A DNA stretch of 64,000 nucleotides from Eledone cirrhosa (lineage: Eukaryota): NCBI GenBank assembly GCA_964016885.1, contig OZ024747.1:72044001-72108000 (forward strand), in the 5' to 3' direction. Shown one piece after another: positions 51,100-64,000 of this stretch. Position 1 is the stretch's first letter. Each line of letters begins with the position of its first letter. The notes beneath the pieces are model-generated. The model did no database searches and was not told where the DNA came from. It worked only from the letters and a program-made list of their open reading frames with translations. Position numbers and translations under genes: made by a program.

Positions 51100-51487
51100 A
51101 TATATATATATATATATACATATGTACTTATATATATACACATATATATGTGAATACATATATATATATATATATACATATGTACTTATATATATACACA
51201 TATATATGTGAATACATATATATATATATCTATATATATATATACATATTAACTTATATATATACACATATGTATGTGAATACATATATATATATATCTA
51301 TTTATATATATATATATACATATGTACTTATATATATACACATATGTATGTGAATACATATATATATATATCTATATATATATATATATATGTACTTATA
51401 TATATACACATATGTATGTGAATACATATATATATATCTATATATATATATATATGTACTTATATATATACACATATGTATGTGAAT

Positions 51488-51520
<33 letters not shown>

Positions 51521-52068
51521 CATACATATAAATACATGTAGAAAGTGAATGAGAGCAAGTCATATACACACATCCATTGTGCCCCAAAATTAATACCTAA
51601 TTTTGTACACTCATCAAATTTAGTATCAAGCATCACTTTGAGACAGACAGTGTATGTATTTGTACTGGCATCACCCTATGCTCACACACACACATATACA
51701 TGTACACTCACCCTATACATACATCAACACACACACGCGCACACAGACATAGACATATGCACGCACAGACATAGCCACACACACACAAACACAGGAACGC
51801 ACACACAAACACTCCAAATCAATGCTGACCTTTTGGTTCTTGATTTATAATTAGTGTAATTTTTAGTAACTCGACACTAGTGATAGCAACAAACAGATGG
51901 TCGGCAACTTTTGGCATCACATCTATTTCTACATGTAACATATGCAGTTCTAGTGACGTAGGGAACAGCAGCGACTTGGCATTTGGAGAGTTTTCTCTAT
52001 CATAAAGTTGTCTATTAAAAGAAGCAAGGAGTGAGAGATAAATAAACGGAAGAAAGAAGAAATCAATC

Positions 52069-52156
52069 ATGGGTCTTGTTCAGTTAATTGGTATATTTTG
52101 TTTGGTTGGTGTCTGTTTATCTAGAGATAATCCATTTAAATGGTCCTATTGTAACG
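52069..52156 (+). CDS. GM2 activator-like / ML-domain secreted lipid-binding protein, exon 1
   Basis: MGLVQLIGIFCLVGVCLSRDNPFKWSYCN+G: a hydrophobic signal peptide followed by the F.W..C motif; GTAAGT donor, phase 1. Confidence 0.88.
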
Positions 52157-54199
52157 GTAAGTTATTGTTTCATATTAACTGTATTCTCAAAAGAAATTCT
52201 CTTTTCAGGCTTTGTATTATGTTATAATTCCATCAAAGGTGGTGAATTGACAGTTAGAATGTCAGATAGAATGTTTTGTGGTATATCCATTCTGGCTCTA
52301 TGAGTTCAAATCCTGCCAAGGTCAACTTTGCCTTTCATCCTTTCGAGGTAGATATAAAAATGTACCAGTCTAGTACTGGGGTCAATTCATCCTCTATATA
52401 TTTTTCTCACTTTCATTCTCAAAATCTCTATCCTTCTCTGGAAGAAATCTACTGTGTTCAAACCTGGAAAGGAGATGGGGCCCTCTTCCTTTGATGTCCA
52501 AGGCATGTATTTATTTTGTTTACCCAGGCCAAATGTGAAATTACAAACATCTCATTAATCATCATCATCCTCATCATTTTCCATCCATTTCTCCATCCAT
52601 ATTTGCATGGGTTAGAGGGGTCTATTCCAGCACAGCATCTCTTTACTCAATACAGCCCTTAATCTTCTCAACTGTGATCTTCAGTGACTAGAGATCAGCC
52701 CTCGCAACCTCTGCCCAGGTCTTCCTTGATCTTCCTCTACTGCAGTTTCCCTCCATTGGGATTTCTTGGGCCTCTATTTTAATAATCAGTGTTTAATCCT
52801 TTTGTGACCATATTTCTCATGAAATATAGTCTATTTTAATTTATGTTTGCAAAAAGTAAATGGAAACAATAAAGCAAACAACACAGTACAATAAAGAAAT
52901 ATATTAGTTTAATGATTGATATAGTAGGAAAAAAGTATTTACATTTCAGACACTAGTCCTTCATCAGAAGATAGAATGAGAAATAGAAGATTCAATAGAA
53001 ATATAAAGAGTGAAAAGAGGAAAGTAAGGAAAAAAAAAATGTTTTGAGAAAAAAAGTTTATTCAGTCAACCATATGTATATATATATATCATCATCATCA
53101 TCAACATCATCATCGTTTAATGTGTATATATATATATATATAGACCTATGCGAGCAAGACAATCACTCTTGCCTCAAGTGGGAAAACTCCCGTCCAAACC
53201 CATGCAAGCGTGGAACACGGACATTAAATGATGATGATGATGATGATGATGATAGAGAGAGAGAGAGAGAGGGGGGATGTAAATATTGTTTACAAGAGCT
53301 ACAGAGGTTTCTAAAAATAAAAAAGGACCAAAAGTGCCCTTGCCTCTAACAAGCTTCCTCCCATGCCTACTGGTCCTCCTGATCCGACATGATTCTATCA
53401 ACTGCAGTACTTGTTTTGTTGCGTCTTTGTTTATATTGAGCTTGGAAGTTGGTTTTGGCAGTATTTGAATCCAGAATGCTGAGGTCTCTTAACTAAATAC
53501 CGCAAGTATTTTATTTGAATGTAACAAAAATAAGGTCTACATCTACTGTGGCTTCCTTCCACTGGAATTTCCTGGCACTTCATCATCCAGCGACCATCAT
53601 CATCCATGCAGATCACATGTCTGTACCAACGCAATCTTCTCTCTTGCACACTACTTCTTAACCCTTTAGCATCTAAACAAGCTGTATCTGGCCAGAATTT
53701 CCTTACCTCTTTCTGTTCAAACCAGCTGAAACCAGCCACTCATTCTTATGTTAAGTTATTGTTCTAAAAATAAATACTAACAAAATCTCAGATTCGATAT
53801 GGTGTGAGATAATTATGTAAGATAAAGCTTTTACCACAAAAATACAATAGTAAATATAGAGAAATGTAAACATTAAAGGGTTAAACCCCATTTCTCCCTC
53901 AGTTATTGAAGCTCTGGTTTTCTTTAACATTCACATTGCACAACCAACGAACCCTCATAGGCATCTAGACCCCTTAGTTAAAGTGTGATACATATTACAA
54001 AGTCATACTGAATTGTGAGAGATGGCTGTAGTTTTTCTAATCTTATTTTTGCAACCAGATAAGATAATTTTGTTTTTAACAATAATGTGGAATTTTTCAC
54101 ATCTGTTTAGATTTCAAACATTTATTTTTTACCACATTTACCACACCAGTTCAACTCACCTCAGTAGGAAATGATGGGAATCAGTACATATGACATTGC

Positions 54200-54205
54200 A
54201 TAACC

Positions 54206-54236
<31 letters not shown>

Positions 54237-54555
54237 GTATCATCAACACATCATCACCACCACCAACAACAGCAACTATACAACCATCAAGAACATCAGC
54301 AGCAGTGGCAGCAGCAAGATCACCACCACCACCACAACCACCATCAACAATAAAATAAGCAGCAACAAGTAGCAGCAGCACCACCACTACCAACAACAAC
54401 ACCATCAACAACAACAACAACTACACAACCACCACCACCACCACTAAGAACAACAACAATAGCACCACCAACAACAACAACAACAACCACCACCACTAAC
54501 ACCAAAAACAACAACACCACTAACACCAACACTAATACTACTATTATTATTATTT
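54200..54555. repeat. (CAA/CAC/CAG)n trinucleotide low-complexity tract
   Basis: Directly visible; lies within intron 1 of the GM2A-like gene. Confidence 0.9.
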
Positions 54556-55889
54556 TCCATTTGACTGACTGCCACAAAGCATCTGATATAACAATGACTA
54601 ACAAAGTAGTTTTCTCACAGAAAAGCCATGTAACCAACAGGTCGTTGATATTGTCGTTTCCGGTATGATGGCTTTCTTCCTGGATAGTCAACCAGTGTAG
54701 AATGTCAGCTGACTTATGGTAGCTTGGCAACCCCCAGGGGCAATGCTACACATTTTTGACACCTACACCCTCTCTTACACACACACACGCACATTCCTCT
54801 CTCTCTCTTTCACACATACACACAATGGTAGATTGGCAATCCCCCAGGGGCAATGCTACACAAGACCTAAAGATTTTGTCGATTTGGGGTCATATCTCAG
54901 AAGAATTAAATAACAAATTGATGAAATAAAAATTAACCCTTTCATTACCATATTTCTAATCCTTTATATCAATACATTTCTAATGTGTTTCATTTAATTT
55001 TGAAAGTAATAAAAAATGTTGAGGTTTGAAACATCATTTAACAAAAAGTTCTTACTTAAAATTATGATGAGCAGTTTTAATATAGGTATGAACACCTTAA
55101 AACATACAGTTTTATATTGTATGGCAGCCCGCTTGAAGAGGGAATCCTGTGGTTGTTGCAGTGAGTGTCTCTGGCCATTTTCTGTAGTAATGCCTTTGCC
55201 ATTTTGTCTGCAGCGCTTGGCAGAGGCACTACTCAGACTGAGGTGTAGTGTCTGTCCTTCATCTACTCGTTTTCTTTCATTGCTTGAATCTTTTTTCTTT
55301 TTCTTCTTTTCCTTACCTTTGTTTTCCTTTCTTTGTTCCCTTTGTGTTTTATTTTTATATCAACAGCTATGAAAAATAAAATGAAACTTTTTTATATTGC
55401 TATAAAAAATAAATAATAATAATATAATCATGTAATGAAAAGGAGTGGGTTGGTATCAAAAGGGTTAAATGTTGAATGCAAAGAGACATAACTGAAAACT
55501 GCAAGACATTTTAATATGACACTCTACCCATTCTCCCAATCCACATTGGAAATATCAAAGCTGGTACCTGGGTGTTTAGTCCCCTAGGCTAGTTCTACAT
55601 AACTTTTCCCACTTATGTGGCCCTAGTCACCCAAATAAAATAATTTCAATCTATAGTTTGATAAAGGGATGAACCTAGTTTTTTTTACACTTCTTGCTTT
55701 GAGCACACGAGGAAAATTATTGAACTTAAATTTTCCACTTTAAAATTCGGTAGTGTGCCTCTCTCCCTGAGGTCCATTGTGTCCTAGTTGACCTTAATGG
55801 TAGCACCAGCCCTTGGAACTATTTTACTTCCAACATATTTGTAGGGATGATGATATTTACATAACTATCCCCTCTTTTATTGTTTACAG

Positions 55890-56079
55890 GTAAATCTAAT
55901 GTTATAAAAATAAATAAGTTAGAGATAGGGCCAACACCTTTGAAATCCCCAGGTAAGTTTTATGTTAACCTTGACGAAGAAACCACACAGACATTAAACT
56001 CCTCCAGAATTGAGGTAAAAGTGAAGAAATTGGGTTTTATTAATCTACCTGTACCCTGCATCACCAAGTTTGGCTCCTG
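55890..56079 (+). CDS. GM2 activator-like protein, exon 2
   Basis: TTTACAG acceptor and GTAAGA donor. Encodes KSNVIKINKLEIGPTPLKSPG...LPVPCITKFGSC, with the P.P...PG and PC....GSC motifs of the GM2AP family. Confidence 0.9.
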
Positions 56080-58319
56080 GTAAGATATTTATTATTCTTA
56101 TTAACAATAATAATCATTTTTTTTAAAACAGCTTCCTAATTAATTGATAATAATGACAATATTACCATAAAACCAATAATGATAATTGTTTCTACTTTAG
56201 GCACAAGGCCAGTAATACCCAGTGTATTACTGGTACTTTATTTTATCGATCCTGTAAGGATGAAAGGCAAAGTCAACCTTGGTGGGATTTGAACTCGGAT
56301 TGTAAAAGGATGTAACTATGCTGCAAGCATGGCGTCCAACCCTCTACCGATACTGCCAATCCACAATGATAATAATGCTATATAATATAGGCATATTGTA
56401 TGTATGTATGGTCCAGTAACACTTGATGGAGTTGTAGGGGTGTTGTAGTGATGACATACAGTGTTGCTTTGGGCATCTTGGAGGTATCCATCTCCTCTCC
56501 AGGTCTGAACACAGTAAATTTCTTCTAGAGAAAGTAAAGCGTAAGATAATGGAAGTGTGAAAGAGATATAGAAAAAGATTCAACTCCAGAACTAGACTGG
56601 GTATAATTATAAATATTAATTGGTTCATTCAACTGAGCGTCTGACTTATACATCAACATCAATCCTAAATTCATCATTGTCATCCTCAGTCTCAATTTCA
56701 TCATTTTTGTATGACCCCATATCTCCTGAGGGACTCATAATGGCACCATATTAACATACAGCATTTCTTGGACATTTTTAAAGCTGGCAGAGCTCATCTC
56801 CTCTCTAGGAGATTGTTTTCCAGGGAAGGCAGATAGTGAGAGAATGGAAGTGAGAAAAAGATATATAGAGAGAATCAACCCAGTACTGGACTGATACTTT
56901 TTCATCACCCTCGAATCAATAAAAACCAAAGTTGATCGCAGTGGAATTTGAACTGAGTGAACAGAGAACTGAAACGAATACCGCAAAGCATTCTATCCGA
57001 CATTCTAATGACTCTACCAATTTGCTCCCTTTCAATTTCATCATTACCAACTAAATTTTCATAGTTACTGTATTACAGAGGAGATTTTTTTTATTATGAA
57101 GTGTCTTGTCACAGATGTGTAAAAAAGTCAGCATTTTAAAACTATGTGAAGGATTACAAATTTTGTATAAGGAAATTATCACAGTCTACATTAGCTTCAT
57201 TGGTGGTGAATTGACAAAGTCTCTTTCTCACTTTACCTCTCTCTACCCTTCTCTGGAAGAAATCTGCTGTATTCAGGCCTGGAGAGGAGATGGGCTATGC
57301 CAAGTTTAAAAAATGCCCAAGAAACACTGTACGTTAATACAGTGTCCCTGTGCCTCCCTCAGGAATTATGGGTCCATACACATACAAATACATTACCTTC
57401 ATATATCAAATATACATACATTTTCATATGTAAGGCTACATATTCATAAGAATTCTGGCACAATCATCTTCAGTAAATAAAGTCAGACTGGTGTATTTAC
57501 ATATACTGTAATTTGAACAACACTGGACTGACTATATTTACTGAAGAGAATTGTGTGGGGTTTCTTAGAAATATGTTAAGAGCCGTTAGAAATGTAAATA
57601 ATGAATAAAACTGATGTTATTTGGTTTTGCCTTTGTCATGGTGTATACTGTGTAGTATGTAGTTTTATGTATTTAAATTATCATCATCATCATTTGACGT
57701 TCGCTTCCCTTGCTAGCAAGGGTTAGATGGGTCTACATAGACCAAGTCAGTACTGAAGCAGGGCTACTGACCTCCCAGGGATCTGTATCCTACTTATGTA
57801 CGGTCATATCAAGTGCAGAGGAGAAGTTATCATGTCTTTTGACACACCCCTTGTTTGGCAAGATTTCTGTGGCTGGATACCTTTCCTATCACCAACCACT
57901 TTACAGCATGTACTTGATGCTTTTATTGTGTAGACCACCAGCACTAGGGAGGTTGTCATGTCCTTGGCACAATTAAAAGGTATATTTACTGTAAAGTAGG
58001 TTGTAACAATTTCTTTATACAAAACATGTAATCCTTTGCAAAACTTTAAAATGTTTGCATTCTTTACACATCTGTAATAAGTAATAATTGATGTCAATGG
58101 ATCTCTCTTCATGATAAAATATATATTTCTCTCCATTCTAGAGTAAACAACAAAATTTAAGTTGACAATGTTGAAAGTTCATTAGTAATATGATAAGAGA
58201 AAAGTTAACAAAGTACTTGAAATTTTGAATTTAGCTTATGGATTGCAAACTATTGGCATATATGCTCCCTGTTGCACACAACACTCCTGAAACATTTTTA
58301 TTTGTTTTCATTTTTTCAG

Positions 58320-58527
58320 TACCTACAGTGACAGTTGCACAGTTCTGGACAAAATGGAGAAATACGATTATGGTGGTTTATTGGGACCAATTTCCAAGGT
58401 TATAAAGAAGATGTTTGATTCAAAGAATGTCACACATAAATGTCCAGTACCTCCTCAAAAATTTTCAGTGGAACATGTCGAATTCACGTTACCAGAAACG
58501 TCAAGAATTATGAAAAGATTTTTAAAA
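58320..58527 (+). CDS. GM2 activator-like protein, exon 3
   Basis: TTTTCAG acceptor and GTGAGA donor. Completes the GSC codon, then reads TYSDSCTVL...HKCPVPPQKFSVEHVEFTLPETSRIMKRFLK. Confidence 0.9.
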
Positions 58528-59557
58528 GTGAGACACCTGATAAGTTGTTTGTTTGTTTATTTGTGTATGTTTGTATAAGAATGTGTATGCATAATAGTGA
58601 GTGTGTGTGTATCTATATGCAAGTATATGTGCTTATGTGGTGTCTGTATTTTTGTTAGAGATTTATTGTGTCTACGTCTAAAGAGGGGGGCATAGGTTTA
58701 CATCAAACTGAGAGCTGGGTTAAAAATATAACAAGATTCAGAATTTCAAATCCACAGATTGCTATAAAACTTGCAGTCATAGCTGAGCAGTTAAAACGTC
58801 TACAGCCATCACTCATAATCGAGTATGACTTGGTACTATATACCATGCTATCGTTAAGGGTTTTAGGTACATATGCAGTCATGAATAGACACAGATGCAC
58901 TCTCAACCATTCCTTTTTTTGATACAGTGGAACATTCAGGATGTAACAGCAGAAACATGAGAGAGCTTCACCAACAGGTGGTACTTTCTTTATTGACTCC
59001 CAAAAGAATGAAAGGCAAAGTACATCTCAGCAGTATTTGAAAATAAAACAAAAAGACAAGGAACAAATACCCAACACATTAACAACTCTCTAAATCAACT
59101 ACTGCCTTACGTCAAACAAATACAACTCCAAAATTTCAAATGCTTTTATATTCTTTCTAAAACAAAGTGTTTGGTTCAAGGAAATTAAAAAAAGTCTAAA
59201 GTATGTCTCGAGCCTCATCAAACTAGTACTTATCCTGGTTTCCATGATGTGAAGTGACTGAGAAAACAAGACTTCCCCTGAAAATGACACATGTCGATCG
59301 CAGGGTTAGGTCACCAGTTATTGCTGGTGCTCATTTTCAGCTGAGTACAACACCAAATCCAGTCTAGGAATCAAACCCACAACATTATGATCACAAATCC
59401 AATACAAGATTATTTCATGAAACTAAAATTCATTTCACTACTCATATAATTAAATCTCAAGGATGATTAATCATTGCTTTGTGATTGTCTTCCAATTAAT
59501 CTTATCTTCTAATTTAATCATGTTTTAAAATAGAAATGCACAATTCTTTTATTACAG

Positions 59558-59674
59558 GGAAATTTCGAAGCTCAAGTGAAAATGATCGACAATGGAAATC
59601 AAGCAGAATTCTTTTGTATGAAATTTCAAATATCAGTAGACACAGGCTGCATTGGATGGTTCTGTAGTCTATGA
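59558..59674 (+). CDS. GM2 activator-like protein, exon 4 (with stop codon)
   Basis: TTACAG acceptor; GNFEAQVKMIDNGNQAEFFCMKFQISVDTGCIGWFCSL*. The four exons sum to 603 nt, giving 200 aa with consistent phases. Confidence 0.88.
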   Translation, partial: GNFEAQVKMIDNGNQAEFFCMKFQISVDTGCIGWFCSL

Positions 59675-60444
59675 CATTAACACCGAATGACTTGATTAAA
59701 AAAAAACGTGTCTGAATATTGTACAAACATTCTATTTTAAAATGTTATGTATTTGACAGATTTGTTTTGAAGTGATTTTACAAACGATGAGTTTAATCTA
59801 TTTATTTGAATGTATAAATTTTTTTTGAAGCATATTAGTTTTTTAAAAAAAGTTTGTTATTGTCATTGTTGCTGTCATCTGTGGGGTGGCATCTCCTGAT
59901 GAAAGGTGAGAAGTATTTACATGTATTTACCATATATACTCGAATATAAGTCTATCCAAATATAATCCCATCCCCTATTTTGTCTGAGAAATGGGCAAAA
60001 TTCAAAACTCCATTTATAAGCTAAATACATTAAGCCGAGCCCCATTTTACTATTGATTTTTTGGTCACATATTCCTTGGCTTATATTCATGTATATATGG
60101 TACTTGTATTTACTATAACTACTCAAAGACAGTTATGATTTGCAGGACATTAATGGGGGAGTAAGCAGGAAGGTATATTGTGGGGGGAACCAATGCTTGG
60201 GACATGCAGTAGAGGAAGACTTGCTTGAACCTTCATTGATCAACCATCAGATGATACAAACCTAAGTAAGGAGCAGTTTCCAGAAGAAATGGAAAATAAT
60301 GAGTTGTGGAGAGACTTTGTCAGAAATGTTCAACTGTGTTTACAATGATAATGATGATGATGACATGTGTTGACAATTAGCAGACCAAAGCCAAATACAA
60401 GCAAGGAATGGGTTATATTCCTATATCATAGAATACCAGATGTG

Positions 60445-60775
60445 AATGGGCATGGCTTAGTGGTTAAAAAGTTGGTTTCACAATCATGAGATTGTGAGTT
60501 CAATTCTTGGACTGGGGGATGCATTGTGTCTTTGAGCAAGAGACTTTCATGTTGCTCTAGTTCACTCAGATGTAGAAATAAGTTGTGACATCACTGGTGC
60601 CAAGCTGTATGGGCCTTTGTCTTTATCCTTGGATGACATTGGTGGTGTGAAAAGGGGAGGCTGGTATGCATAGGAGACTGTTGGTCTTCTACAAAATACC
60701 TTATCTTGGCTTGTGCCTCAGAGGGGAACTTTCTAGGTGCAAAACCCATTGTCATTCATGATCAAAAGGGTCTTT
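60445..60775 (+). mobile_element. tRNA-derived SINE with a CORE-like motif
   Basis: A box TGGCTTAGTGG, B box GTTCAATTC and core TGTGTCCTTGAGCAAGACACTT. Further copies at ~113-400, 13130, 13395, 19862, 22877, 30750, 59320, 61262, 61412 and 63080. Confidence 0.8.
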
Positions 60776-62439
60776 TAGAATACTAGACACAACATGCATG
60801 CATTAATTTCACATGTAAAGTAGTACTAATCATATTACAACAGGTGGTGTACAAGTTTTGGAGATGTTATGGCTTGTTCTTAACAAATGGTAATTAGATT
60901 TTACTTGAGAAGGAAAACAAACAAATGTTAAATAATTTTAAAAGGTCTGTCAGCTAGAGATAAATACATACAAACTTTAAATGAAGATGATAATCATGGT
61001 TTCTTTTATAGGCACAAGGCCAGCAATTTTGGGGGAAGGGAAACTTGACTAAATCGACCCCAGTGCGTGACTGGTACTTTATTTTATCGACCCCCGTAAG
61101 AATGAAAGGCAAAGTTAACCTTGGCAGGATTTGAACTCAGATCATAAAAGGCCATAACTCTATGCTACAAAGCATGGCGTCCGACCCTCTACTGATACTG
61201 CCAATCCACCGCCCTAATGAAGATGATAATAATGATATATAGTTTATATGAAACATTGAGACGAATGGCCTAGTGGTAAGGATGTTGGATTTACAATCAT
61301 AATGTAGTGGGTTCAATTCCTGGCCTGGGTTGTGTGGTTTTCTTAAGCAAAACACTTTATTTCACGTTGCTCTAGTATACTCAGATGTAGAGTCAACTAT
61401 GCTTTTAAAGTGAAGGCATGTTGCTAAATGGTTAGAGAATTTGATTCACAATCATGAGATTGCGAGTTCAATTCCCAGCACAGGTGATGCATTATGTCCT
61501 TCAGCAAGACACTTTATTATACTTTGTTCTTTCTGCTAGGAGTTGCGATTGGTAGATAGTATCAGCAATGAAAAGACCAATGGAAACATTGTCTCCTTGG
61601 TCAGATTTGATGAGTTCCACCCCACTTGGTAAGTGATTGAGGTCTGGGACCTTGTCGATCAAGCTCTATAACATCTACAATGCAGAAAAAATATACTTGG
61701 TTGGCAATACTGTATAACTTTAGCATTCACACTACTCTATATATACTATTATATTTTCATGGTAAATGCTTTATCTCACATAATATCGAATCTATGAGAT
61801 TTTGAAAGTATTTATTTTGAGAACAATACCTTAACATCAGTTTGAGTGACCAGTTACAGCCAGTTTCAACAGAAAAAGGTAGAGAATTCTGGCCGGTTTT
61901 AACATTAAAGGGTTAAGGCAATACTGCCAAATTTGTTTTACCTGCTAAGTCTTATCTAAATTCTGTCTTGAGCCTGGAGACTTATTAGGCCAGTGTTTAT
62001 CCCAGTTTCCATCATATTACAGGACTGAGAGTACAAAATTCCCAACAGGACAGTCAAGTGTATTTCCCCTTAGTTCATTGTATTTCTATTGTCGTCTCAC
62101 ACACACACGCGCTTGTCGGGAGTAATGTTGTACATTTTTATCACAGAGATATACCGCCTAAACTGAGGTGTAGAATTTATTTGTGCGGAGTGGATTGGCA
62201 GTATCGGTAGAGGGTCGGACACCATGCTTTGACGCATAGAGTTACGGCCCTTGCCATTCTGAGTTCAAATACTGCTGAGGATAACTTTGCCTTTCATCCT
62301 TACGGGGTCGATAAAATAAAAGTACCAGTAATACACTGGATTAATTGCTGGCCTTGTGCCAATAGTAGAAACAATTATTTTTTTTATTTAAAGAAAAATG
62401 CATGTCAAACAGTGTGGTTAATCCATATGGTGAGCAAAT

Positions 62440-62558
62440 GGGGTACCACGTGCTGGCCTCTCCACAGCCCCGGCAGACAGGATGGAAAAGGTGTTTCCCC
62501 AGAGGATGGTAAGGGATAAGCGCTGGAAGAGCCATTCCAATTTGCGAGGCTCACACCG
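62440..62558 (-). mobile_element. Second CRE-clade 3' fragment
   Basis: Its reverse complement aligns by eye with 43612-43730 (RCEPR.LEWLFQRLSL). Confidence 0.75.
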
Positions 62559-64000
62559 TAAATTTTATTTACTTTTTAAATAAAATTTAATTACCTGACT
62601 CAAAGTAACCAATGAGAATCAAATAATTCAACTTCCGGTTTGGTTTTTAAGTTTTAAAACAAATTTCTTAATTTCTCGTGTGATGTCGTCCACTTTACAT
62701 TTTTTTTATTTACCAATTTTGACTTATGAGGGACATCTTGCTTTAGCACTGTTTCTTAACGCCTGTAAGCTAACAACTCTTTAAACAATTATAAGGAAAC
62801 AGAAGAATACACTTTTATACCATTTCAACCATTGTTATTCACGGAAATAGATTTATATGAGGTATGTTTTTTCAGTCAATCGTATTTTTTTCCGTTGATT
62901 AATATGTTTAATTTTATTTGATCTTTGATAAATTTATCAGCACATCATCCTTTAAACATAGGCCGGCTGATCAACTCGCCATCCCCAAAATATCTTTAAG
63001 TGGTCGGTAAAACTACTAGAAATAGCAGCCAATTTCCCCTATTGTATAAAAGAGTCCTATATATAATAACCGAAAATATGAGGGTGTTGGGTTCGATTCT
63101 TGAATTTGGTTGTGTATTGTGTTCTTGAGCAAAACATTTCATTTCACATTGCTCCAGTATACTCAGCTGACAATTACTAACAGCAATAGCTGGGAATATA
63201 ACACTGTAATGGGCTGCTGTAAGAATTGTACTTTCAGGCGCTTATCGCAGTGGAAACTGGGATAAGCACCTGCTTGATGAATCTAGAGAGTTTTTAGAAA
63301 GCAGGATTGGATGGTCATTGCTGAATTGTCTTTAATCATAAACCTGGACAGTCAATAAAACAGAATGACGAATGTAGTAACTATTCTTTACACACACACA
63401 TATATGTGTGTGTGTAAAGAATAGTTACTACAAAGCACTATGGGATATGTAATAAACAACTAAGCTTTGAAACGTTGGTACAATGTGGTAGAAATATATA
63501 AAGGGCAAAGGATGACAAACAAAACAAAACAGTAATTTTTTACCCAGTATATTTCAGGGCTAATACTTTTTTTTCAAATATGAAACAGAAATGGTTTCCA
63601 TTTCACATTTGAAAAGATGGTATTAGCCCCGAAATATACTGGGTAAAAATTACTTTGTTTTGTTTTATTTGTCATCCTTTGCCCTTTGTATATTTCTACC
63701 ACTTTGTACCAACTTTTTGAAACTTATCAATAACAATCTTGTTTGGAAGCAGTACTAATTGTATTGTTTCCTATTTTAATGGCAGTGGATTGGCAGAATC
63801 AATAGAGCATCAGACAAAATACTTTGAAATATATACAATCACAGCCCTATATGTTCTGAGTTCAAATCCTGCCACGGTCAACTTTGCTTTTCATCCTTGT
63901 AGGGTCGATAAAATAAAGTACCAGTTAAGTACTGGGATCGATTTAGTCAACTTCCTCTCTTCTTAAACTGCTAGGATTGTGCTATGTACCATTTTTTTTT

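Noticed and set aside
62600-62700. CCAAT plus ACTTCCGG promoter-like cluster
   Set aside because: Short motifs with no associated exon found in the window.

Overview
AT-rich, repeat-dense animal genomic DNA. The SINE, RTE and (TA)n landscape suggests an octopus or other cephalopod, but this is inference. I found three spliced host genes by reading the sequence directly; the ORF track shows none of them as spliced genes. (1) Exons 1-2 of an ANKRD13C-like gene lie on the minus strand with a 16.4-kb intron 1, and the gene probably continues off the left edge. (2) Two exons of a hemopexin-repeat gene carry a 1-nt frameshift and have no downstream exon that I can find. (3) A complete 4-exon, 200-aa GM2-activator/ML-domain gene. 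Mobile DNA includes a full-length 4.1-kb Gypsy LTR element (4-bp TSD) nested in an RTE LINE, many RTE fragments sitting in (TA)n tracts, a ~3.0-kb tandem duplication with a mappable crossover, a Penelope-like element, two CRE-clade fragments, a mariner relic, TTAA MITEs and two tRNA-derived SINE families. The most striking structure is a 2.7-kb interstitial telomeric array in head-to-head (TTAGGG)n/(CCCTAA)n orientation. Other items worth testing are a non-tRNA, possibly self-priming Gypsy PBS, three 5'-inverted RTE insertions, minimal hammerhead motifs and recurrent fold-back repeats. All family assignments come from motif recognition, not database searches.
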